Below, one piece after another: positions 56,802 through 64,000 of a stretch of DNA of 64,000 bases. Each line of letters begins with the position of its first letter. Position 1 is the first letter of the stretch. Position numbers and translations under genes: made by a program. Under the pieces are notes generated by a model. That model saw only the letters and a program-made list of their open reading frames with translations, was not told the origin of the DNA and ran no database searches. The stretch is taken from IMG/VR virus record IMGVR_UViG_3300017989_000087, positions 1 through 64,000 of that record. One strand, written 5' to 3'. Source of the DNA: a virus (taxonomy: Duplodnaviria; Caudoviricetes).

Positions 56802-57971
56802 TCACTCCAACAACTTCACACATTGTTCATTTTTATTTCTGTAACTTGTTTTTCTTTCACGAGTAATCAAATCTTCTTTTTGACAATCATATATCATCTT
56901 GTTTCCTTGATGGTAATTTATTCCAAAATCAGCCAATATATCTCTAACGGATCTTTCAGGAACCCAATCATCGCCGTGTTTCGTTTTCAAATCTTTTATT
57001 ATTTGCAACACCTGTGAAAGATCTGGCCCACGCTTTACATCTGCTCTCCAGATATATTCAAAGTCAAGAAGATTTTTTAATTCTCTATCATATGAAACAA
57101 CAATTTCATCAGTAAAATGTTTTGACATAACAGTATAACCAAGACCTATCTTTTTGTAGATTATCTGTTCATACGGCATTATATTGAATTGATGAATATA
57201 ATCATAAAATGATTTGTCAAAAATTACATTTTCTACATTGTGAAGATCCATGTATATATTCTTTATATTTCTTCTTATCTTGTCTATTGCTATGCTATCA
57301 TGTCCAACATTTTCTCCTTCACGATTTGCTTCAAGCAATCGTTTTCTATCATTTTCTGAGGGAATGAATTCGAGAAACAAAAATCTTCTTCCAGTTCCTT
57401 GGCTCAGATCGTATCTCAATGGTTGTGCTCCTGTCCACAAAGTCAAGTTTGTTTTGTAATCTAATTTATCTTGACCCAATCCTTTTCTAACATAACCAGA
57501 TTCTAGTGCTGTACACAAAGCATCTTCAAGTGTAGATGAATGTGATGTTACCATTGTCTCAGATAGCGCATGAAATTCATCAACGCACAAAACATTTTTT
57601 CTGTATTCCCAAGCAGCACCTTTTCTTTTCTTTACACCATTTGATCCTGTATAGACAGTTCCCGAAAACCTTGCTTCAGTCATTCTGTCTTCCCAAACTG
57701 GTCCAATATCTGTATGTGAAAACAATCCAAGATCTTCGTGGCCTAGAACTTTCATGTGGAATGATTTCCCAAATCCGGGTTGAGTAACAAAAAATACATG
57801 CAATCTTGTATCAACAGGCAATCCATGCGATGCATATATGGTGTGGTTTTTATTGTAAAGATTAAACAAATGACAACCAGCAGAACATATATAATAAGGA
57901 AAGAATCTTTCAACATATGCTATTTTCATGTTGCGAAGATAATCTAGTATATCGGTATATACAGGTGGCAT
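56802..57971 (-). CDS. MCM-like AAA+ helicase ATPase (no MCM N-domain), C-terminal wHTH
   Basis: QPGFGKS, TEARFSG (h2i), G...KGA, LCVDEF, ALESG, Arg finger RRF. Confidence 0.7.
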   Translation of the reverse strand: MPPVYTDILDYLRNMKIAYVERFFPYYICSAGCHLFNLYNKNHTIYASHGLPVDTRLHVFFVTQPGFGKSFHMKVLGHEDLGLFSHTDIGPVWEDRMTEARFSGTVYTGSNGVKKRKGAAWEYRKNVLCVDEFHALSETMVTSHSSTLEDALCTALESGYVRKGLGQDKLDYKTNLTLWTGAQPLRYDLSQGTGRRFLFLEFIPSENDRKRLLEANREGENVGHDSIAIDKIRRNIKNIYMDLHNVENVIFDKSFYDYIHQFNIMPYEQIIYKKIGLGYTVMSKHFTDEIVVSYDRELKNLLDFEYIWRADVKRGPDLSQVLQIIKDLKTKHGDDWVPERSVRDILADFGINYHQGNKMIYDCQKEDLITRERKTSYRNKNEQCVKLLE

Positions 57972-58009
57972 TCAATCACTCCTAATATTACACACCACAA
58001 TTTAAAAAT

Positions 58010-58657
58010 TTATCCCTTATACAGTTCCTGTATCGAGTTGTATGTTCTTTTGCTAAACCCAAGCTTCTTAATCTCTTTCTCAGACGCATTTATAACTCCC
58101 TCTATGCTTCCAAATTCATCTATCAACAATTTGGCTTTTTCCACGCTTACGCCCCAAGTGAAACTTAATGAAATCAATCTCAATCTTTTCATATGCTTTT
58201 TTGTTACTTTTGGACACCACAATTTTTCTTCAATTATTTTCTGAGAAATTTTGTCTATTACTGTTATTGCTTGTTCATTGTTCTTAACCCAAATAATATT
58301 TAATCCATTTCTAACAGCCAAAGATGCAATTGCACCAAAGAATTGTCCCTTGTGGAAAGGACGTTTCTTCATTCTTGCAACCATATATATATCTTCAATA
58401 TCACCAACTATAATAAGAAAGTTAGCAGGATATTCTGTCATCATAGTCAATGATTGTTTTTTCATTCTGTTTCCAAGAGATGATACAAAATCGGCAACCG
58501 TTTTTCTTTCAAACACAGCTCTTACTTTATCATCATCCATAAGCACAAAATCTGAAAATGTTCTCACTATTTTGTAAGAAGTCTTCATCTTTTTGAGAGG
58601 CTTTTCCATGATTTCTTTTTCTTTTCCTCTTAGATCTACAAGTATTTCAGTCGTCAT
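58010..58657 (-). CDS. ERCC4/XPF (Hef-like) structure-specific nuclease with HhH
   Basis: ILVDLR.., DFVL, FERKT..DFVSSL, GVSVEKAKLLIDEFGSI. Confidence 0.9.
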   Translation of the reverse strand: MTTEILVDLRGKEKEIMEKPLKKMKTSYKIVRTFSDFVLMDDDKVRAVFERKTVADFVSSLGNRMKKQSLTMMTEYPANFLIIVGDIEDIYMVARMKKRPFHKGQFFGAIASLAVRNGLNIIWVKNNEQAITVIDKISQKIIEEKLWCPKVTKKHMKRLRLISLSFTWGVSVEKAKLLIDEFGSIEGVINASEKEIKKLGFSKRTYNSIQELYKG

Positions 58658-58666
58658 TGTTTAATA

Positions 58667-59257
58667 TTAAAGATCGCCACTTAAATATCTTTTCCCTTTA
58701 TCAATTTCTAACTCTTTTATTTGATTAAAATCGGAAGCCTTTGGAAACAAATGCATATATGTAAAATAATCAATCACTCCTATAGCATTATATTTTATTT
58801 TGTCTCTCCAAACTCCTTTGAAAACCCAAGGGAACTTAAAATAATATGCACAAAATTCTTCGGTTCCACCAACATCTATTTTATAAGATTGATCGCTACT
58901 ATAACTAAAACCAAGACCTTTTAATTTATATTTTATTGCATCATCATCGTGCTTCCAAGATTTATGCGGTAAAACAAAATTGAAATAATATCCATTTATT
59001 ATTACCTTTTTAATTGTATCATCAATAAAAGAATCTTCATATCCCTTCTTGTTTCTCAATCTTAGATTTTTATCCTTGAACTTTTTATTTAATTTATCAA
59101 CTACCACTTTTGATACCATCTTTCTTTTTGAATAACCGTATTTTCTCTGCATACACATTTCACAGGTTCTTCGGATAATCTTTGATACCTTATCATTTTC
59201 AAACGAATATAAAAGAAACTCGCTCCAAAAATCTACGTCAGAAGTATCTGGGATCAT
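58667..59257 (-). CDS. hypothetical protein
   Basis: 196-aa ORF in operon. Confidence 0.7.
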   Translation of the reverse strand: MIPDTSDVDFWSEFLLYSFENDKVSKIIRRTCEMCMQRKYGYSKRKMVSKVVVDKLNKKFKDKNLRLRNKKGYEDSFIDDTIKKVIINGYYFNFVLPHKSWKHDDDAIKYKLKGLGFSYSSDQSYKIDVGGTEEFCAYYFKFPWVFKGVWRDKIKYNAIGVIDYFTYMHLFPKASDFNQIKELEIDKGKRYLSGDL

Positions 59258-59418
59258 TTATTTTTCCTCTTACGTTCCTTGATTATCTCATCCGCAGCTT
59301 CATTTAACATCTTCCAATTTATTTTTGGTTCATCATGACAAATTGGACACGGCTTCGGATGATATTCAAACCCAGTTCCACACTTCTTGCACACCCAATT
59401 AATTTTGTGTTCTGCCAT
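59254..59418 (-). CDS. rubredoxin-like zinc ribbon (54 aa, not in ORF track)
   Basis: WVCKKCG.GFEYHPKPCPICHD; ATGA overlap with next gene. Confidence 0.7.
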   Translation of the reverse strand: MAEHKINWVCKKCGTGFEYHPKPCPICHDEPKINWKMLNEAADEIIKERKRKNK

Positions 59419-59423
59419 TTATA

Positions 59424-61079
59424 TCACATATATCCAAAAACATCTCTCAATACTTTCATTTTCTTTTCTTTCTGCGGATTTCTACCAGCTCTTTCTGATG
59501 TCGGATCTACTTCGGTACATGGTTCACAATCTAAACTTCTGTATCCCTGTGCATATAACGGATTTATAGGAATGTGGTATAGACGAATTGCAGACCATAT
59601 ATCGCTTTCACTATAATCAATAACAGGATGTATTCTATCATATTCATATCCTGTGTTTGTGGTTCTATGTGAAAACAATGTTTCGTCCTTCCAAGCGGGA
59701 TTGGTCCTTCTTATTGCTGTCATAACCCCATCAAAGTTTTCTTTTTCAATCAATTCATTGAATGGCTTTGCTTTTAGAGTTGCACAACATTCGGTTGATC
59801 CTATCTCAAAATTTCTTTTGCCCCTGTATTTTCCTATAAACAGTTCCGAATTATAGTAATTATTAAACTTTTCCAGAGTTTGCATAGTTTCATCAAAATG
59901 TAATCCTGTATCAACAAACAGAAGATTTAATTTATCAAAAACCTTTGAAGCAAAGTATAACATAACAGATGAATTTTTTCCAGTTGCTGTTGCAAATCCA
60001 ATGTTATTATATTTTTCTTTTGCCTTTGTCAAATTGCCCAACAATTCATATGTCTTATTTGTAACTCTGGGATCAACCTTGTCTATTAATGATTTGGGAA
60101 ATTCTTCGCTTGTTGGTATTTCAACATATTCAGATGAATTATTTGTAACAAACATATATGAACTTTTCGCAGTAAATATTCTCCTTGGATTGACATAAGG
60201 ATATTCAACATAAGCAAAATCCTGAAACGGTGTTTCATAATCTAGTATTTTGGGTATCTCCTTTAGAGATATCACATCCCCAGAATTGCCAACCGAATTT
60301 TCTGATCTGACACACAAAGGAACATGGACAACATAATCATTCATAAAATAATATCCATGACCATATGGTTGTTTATAATTATAGTTATCTCCATGATCCG
60401 CTGTTACAACAATATCTGCGTCTTCTTTCGATAATTCTATAAGAAGTTCATCCATGTCTTGGATCGCATTTTTCTGATAGTTATATATTTTTTTTATTTT
60501 ATCTTCCCAGTATGGAAGAGGTGAATTGTTTCTTTCGAGAAATTTCTTATGAACATTTGATAATTTCATATAGTTATATACCTTTGGTTCTTTTTGATTA
60601 TGAGTAATAAAAGGCTGATGCGTATCTGCAACTTGAAACCACGCAATATAAGGTTCTTTTTTTAATTCATTAAATTTTCTTAAACAATCAATAAATAATG
60701 GAAATGGCTTATTTTTTCTCATATGGGTTCCCCTTGGTGTAATAGGTTCATCAACAACAACATCAATTCCATCTGGGGTTCCAATCTCTGTTGAAAACCA
60801 CGGCAACCCTGTAAAAACGTATGTGTTGTATCCCATTTCTTTGTAAATTTCAAATATGTTTTTCTTCAACAAAATAAAACGTTGTCTTACAGTTGTGCAT
60901 CTGTGAGGATATTCACCAGTTATCATAGAGGAAACAGATGGCAAAGTCCAAGTAGATGGAGAATAAGCTTTGTCAAAATTTTGCCAACCTCTGTTAAAGG
61001 TCATATTAGAATCATCAAATATTTGCTTACATACGCTGTCCAAACAAACTATAATTTTATTCCTCATAATATTCACCAA
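59424..61079 (-). CDS. sulfatase-like (alkaline phosphatase superfamily) domain fused to PAPS-reductase/CysD-family domain
   Basis: N: CLDS, WTLPSVSSMITG, TADHG, HVPL; C: ATGKNS, FVDTG.HFDET, CC..LK, RIHP..D..E.DIW, YRSLDCEPCT, ERAGR. Confidence 0.85.
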   Translation of the reverse strand: MVNIMRNKIIVCLDSVCKQIFDDSNMTFNRGWQNFDKAYSPSTWTLPSVSSMITGEYPHRCTTVRQRFILLKKNIFEIYKEMGYNTYVFTGLPWFSTEIGTPDGIDVVVDEPITPRGTHMRKNKPFPLFIDCLRKFNELKKEPYIAWFQVADTHQPFITHNQKEPKVYNYMKLSNVHKKFLERNNSPLPYWEDKIKKIYNYQKNAIQDMDELLIELSKEDADIVVTADHGDNYNYKQPYGHGYYFMNDYVVHVPLCVRSENSVGNSGDVISLKEIPKILDYETPFQDFAYVEYPYVNPRRIFTAKSSYMFVTNNSSEYVEIPTSEEFPKSLIDKVDPRVTNKTYELLGNLTKAKEKYNNIGFATATGKNSSVMLYFASKVFDKLNLLFVDTGLHFDETMQTLEKFNNYYNSELFIGKYRGKRNFEIGSTECCATLKAKPFNELIEKENFDGVMTAIRRTNPAWKDETLFSHRTTNTGYEYDRIHPVIDYSESDIWSAIRLYHIPINPLYAQGYRSLDCEPCTEVDPTSERAGRNPQKEKKMKVLRDVFGYM

Positions 61080-61929
61080 ACATTAGTTTATCGAATGAAA
61101 CTCCTGTGTATTTACTGACAGCATTGACTGTATCAACAATGTCTTCGTTCTCACACAACAGTTTAATATCATCATCATTTAAATATCTTTTGTAAGAGTT
61201 ATCAACAAATATCTCTTTGTAATTATCTTTATAAATAGAATCAGAACCAATTTTATATATATCGTTCATAAAGTAATTAGCACCTATGTTTCCACCAATA
61301 TTATGATGATGTGTGTTTTCCCAGAACCTATGCATACCATCCCTATAAGGAAATCCAGACATATCACATATTCTTTTCACAGTATTTTCTGGTTCTTTTG
61401 CGAAATCCTCATATATTATGACAATGGGATTAAGTCCCAACAAACGTGGAATATTTCTTTTGAATACGTTAATGGCATATTCCAAAGATTTTGACCAAAT
61501 GGGAACATTGTCTATAATTCTTTCATCCTTGCCAACAGTAACACCAAAAGAAACGGATCTAACTCTATGTTTAACACAACTGGCAGCAAACCTTATTGGA
61601 TTTTTATATAGAAATATTTTTGTTTTATTATAATAATCACCATTCAATTTTTCGTACCATGCTGGAAACTTCGAAGAATCAATTATAAAATCTTTACCCG
61701 TAAATTCTGAGACAACCCTATATACGTCATCAACATTGCTTTCTTTGATTGATTTACATAGCTTGCAATTTTCTATTTTTGTGTTGCACGATATACATCT
61801 ACAATTTTTTCTTTTAAAAATACTATATAATTCTCCAACAGTAACAGAATCTTCGTGGTTGCCCAACATGTATGATAATGCTGTTGAACCGCAGAATGTT
61901 GTTCCAAGTATTTGGATTACATTAATCAT
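61057..61929 (-). CDS. sulfotransferase (P-loop, Sulfotransfer_3-like)
   Basis: ILGTTFCGST.L..MLGNH, VGEL, CISC..C insert, IIDSSK, Y.NP, YEDF...P....RIC, H..GGN. Confidence 0.8.
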   Translation of the reverse strand: MINVIQILGTTFCGSTALSYMLGNHEDSVTVGELYSIFKRKNCRCISCNTKIENCKLCKSIKESNVDDVYRVVSEFTGKDFIIDSSKFPAWYEKLNGDYYNKTKIFLYKNPIRFAASCVKHRVRSVSFGVTVGKDERIIDNVPIWSKSLEYAINVFKRNIPRLLGLNPIVIIYEDFAKEPENTVKRICDMSGFPYRDGMHRFWENTHHHNIGGNIGANYFMNDIYKIGSDSIYKDNYKEIFVDNSYKRYLNDDDIKLLCENEDIVDTVNAVSKYTGVSFDKLMFGEYYEE

Positions 61930-62144
61930 TGGTCCACACCCAATACTTGTCGCCACAAACACTACATTTCATCAATTTTGCGTCTTTATCATGTTTTGTT
62001 GCTCTCTCCTGTAAACATTATCCTTGTGTTTCCGCTGAATTTCTCTTTATCATATTTCACATAGCATTTAACACATACAAATCTATCATCCTCATGAACA
62101 ACTGGTTCATCTTCTTCATCCTGCTTTGTTATATTTAATGGCAA
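61922..62144 (-). pseudogene. zinc-finger gene split by a +1 frameshift (or sequence error)
   Basis: Frame 0 has CVKC then stops; +1 frame continues HDKDAKLMKCSVCGDKYW; junction at an AAAA run near 61994-61997. Confidence 0.5.
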
Positions 62145-62145
62145 T

Positions 62146-63033
62146 CTAATACCTCTTTAATGTTGGTATCAATAAATTTCTATAATCAATATCATATTCA
62201 TCAGATAATATATGACACAATTTAATAATATCTTCGTCTTTTAATATTTCCTCTATTGTTTCATTCATAAGAATACTTTTAAATGTGTTATCTTCAAACA
62301 CAGTTTTGTTATGTTCCACATACTGATGGAAGAAATCTTTTTGTGTTTTAAACACAGATGGCTGAACACCTTTTACCATGTATCTTGCTCCAACATTACC
62401 TCCAATACTGTGATGATAATTGTTTTCCCAGAACATCTCCATATCAGAAGTTATTGGAAATTTAAAATGATCCAACACTCTGGTGATTTCATGTTTGGGG
62501 TTTGTGACAAGTTGTTTGTATTCAACAAATTCTCTTGCAAAGAATTTTCTAGATAAATTCAACAATTCATATTGAGTTCTTATAAATTCATCTTTTGCAT
62601 GTTTATATGCTTCAGTAAAAGTTCTGTGTTTTTTTGAAGCTCTGTAGAATGAATGTTTTATTATACTTGAAATTTGTCTAACAGGATCTTTGTATAGTGT
62701 AACAGGATATATATTATACTTTCTATGAACACCATTATTGTACAACTTTGTGAACCACTTATATGATTTTGATGAATCAATAATATAATTTTTTGATTCC
62801 AAACCAGATACTATCTTATACCAGTTTTCAATATCTCTATTGTGACAATTTTTTACCAATTTGCATTGCTTTGTTGTACCGCACACAAGACATTCTCTTG
62901 TTCCGTTTATGTCATCTAGATGAACTGCCTCACCAACCATCAATGTATCTGGATGATTGCCCAACATCAATCCGAACATGGTCGATCCGCAAAAATTATT
63001 TCCCATAATCCAAATAACATTAACGTCCAATGT
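62146..63033 (-). CDS. sulfotransferase paralogue 2
   Basis: IMGNNFCGSTMFGLMLGNHPD..VGE, CLVC..C, IIDSSK, YKDP, H.IGGN. Confidence 0.8.
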   Translation of the reverse strand, partial: TLDVNVIWIMGNNFCGSTMFGLMLGNHPDTLMVGEAVHLDDINGTRECLVCGTTKQCKLVKNCHNRDIENWYKIVSGLESKNYIIDSSKSYKWFTKLYNNGVHRKYNIYPVTLYKDPVRQISSIIKHSFYRASKKHRTFTEAYKHAKDEFIRTQYELLNLSRKFFAREFVEYKQLVTNPKHEITRVLDHFKFPITSDMEMFWENNYHHSIGGNVGARYMVKGVQPSVFKTQKDFFHQYVEHNKTVFEDNTFKSILMNETIEEILKDEDIIKLCHILSDEYDIDYRNLLIPTLKRY

Positions 63034-63940
63034 CATCACCAAGTAATATACTAATGCCATGCATGGGTGTATTCCTAAGATGTGCCATATATGTTATTCT
63101 AGAATTGTCAACAATGCAAGATGAACTTCTGTATGTCCCTGTCCTTGGTCCCGAAACAGAAGGAAATGAAACGATACTATCATCTATTATCCAATCATAA
63201 CCATCATCTGATACTGCCGTGTGTGTGCTCCAATGTATTATAGGCGAATCAGTTTTAACAAAATGCATCTCATATCTATCACCATTTTTTATAACATCTG
63301 GATGTCCAACGTTTTGATCCCACTCAAATACCTTAACTGGTGATGACCAGTTAAACAAGTTGCTTGATTCAGTTAACCATATTGATTTATATATTGATGG
63401 TATTCCTTCATTGATGTCATATTTTTCTCTTCTCGCAAACCACATCTTAAATATATCATTATCTCTCACAATCGCTGGTTCCATAGCATTTCCAATAATG
63501 GGTTTATTACTTTCCCTACTCCAGTTAACACCGTCATCAGATTTGACCATGCATATATGTCCCGATTGACCAAAATTTGATTTGGTATTTGACATTGTAT
63601 GATCATCAATCGTGGATAAACCAACTCCTGTATAAAACAGGTATAGTTCTCTATTGTAAAATAGAACGTCAGGATCTGCTAAGTGGTCTTTTTCAAAAAT
63701 ACCGATATCTCTATCTTTTATAGAGACAACAGGGTTATCTATGCCCTTGTCTGTGAATGAAAAACCATCATTACTTCTAACCAGACAGGGATTCTCCGCT
63801 TCATTTGGAGGATATGGGGTATAGAAAAGCCAGTATTTGTATCCTTTAAAACCGTTCTTTATGAACAATATATCTGGGTGAGTAACACCAAATCCATCAT
63901 ATTTGGGCAAGTCTAAAGATATTTCCATATAAATCACCAT
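63020..63940 (-). CDS. five-bladed beta-propeller glycoside hydrolase-like protein
   Basis: HPDIL...YKYWLFYTPYP...ENP...SNDG; repeated blades ADPDV, SDDG..W, EPAIV, HPDV. Confidence 0.7.
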   Translation of the reverse strand: MVIYMEISLDLPKYDGFGVTHPDILFIKNGFKGYKYWLFYTPYPPNEAENPCLVRSNDGFSFTDKGIDNPVVSIKDRDIGIFEKDHLADPDVLFYNRELYLFYTGVGLSTIDDHTMSNTKSNFGQSGHICMVKSDDGVNWSRESNKPIIGNAMEPAIVRDNDIFKMWFARREKYDINEGIPSIYKSIWLTESSNLFNWSSPVKVFEWDQNVGHPDVIKNGDRYEMHFVKTDSPIIHWSTHTAVSDDGYDWIIDDSIVSFPSVSGPRTGTYRSSSCIVDNSRITYMAHLRNTPMHGISILLGDDIGR

Positions 63941-64000
63941 GTTTTATATCCAGTTGTGTCTAACATACTACCAAACCCTTGGTAATATGTATTTAAAATT

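Noticed and set aside
1-64000. tRNA/rRNA genes, integrase, tail sheath, transposase
   Set aside because: No T-loop/anticodon-arm pattern, tyrosine/serine recombinase, sheath-sized gene or DDE transposase was recognised by eye; absence is not proven without tRNAscan or HMM searches.

Overview
The window is most of the genome of an archaeal head-tailed virus (Caudoviricetes, probably siphovirus-like: tail tube and tape measure present, no sheath). Evidence for an archaeal host: BRE-TATA promoters, GGTGA/GAGGTG ribosome-binding sites, a PolB with a C-terminal PIP box, family-4 UDG, a Hef/ERCC4 nuclease, an MCM-like ATPase and an archaemetzincin-like protease. The host lineage cannot be determined from sequence alone. 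There are two transcription blocks. The plus-strand late block (2545-36737) runs packaging, head, neck, tail, fibres. The minus-strand blocks (113-1899 and 36744-64000) carry glycosyltransferases, DNA metabolism and replication genes, NrdD with an intein, and a sulfation cluster. Main leads: (1) two ~260-aa proteins with ~70 Cys each (Cys every 3rd/4th residue, Asp-rich) plus a radical SAM/SPASM enzyme inside the tail operon, a candidate virus-encoded thioether cross-linking system acting on protein-sized substrates; (2) a 28-nt insertion breaking a glycosyltransferase gene that folds as a relaxed bulge-helix-bulge motif, whose removal restores a gap-free alignment with the neighbouring paralogue, a candidate archaeal-type mRNA intron in a virus; (3) two sulfotransferases plus a sulfatase-like/CysD-CysH-like fusion; (4) a canonical -1 slippery site in the tail chaperone; (5) a fibre with ~47 14-aa Trp repeats. 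All product names come from motif recognition by eye; no database searches were run.
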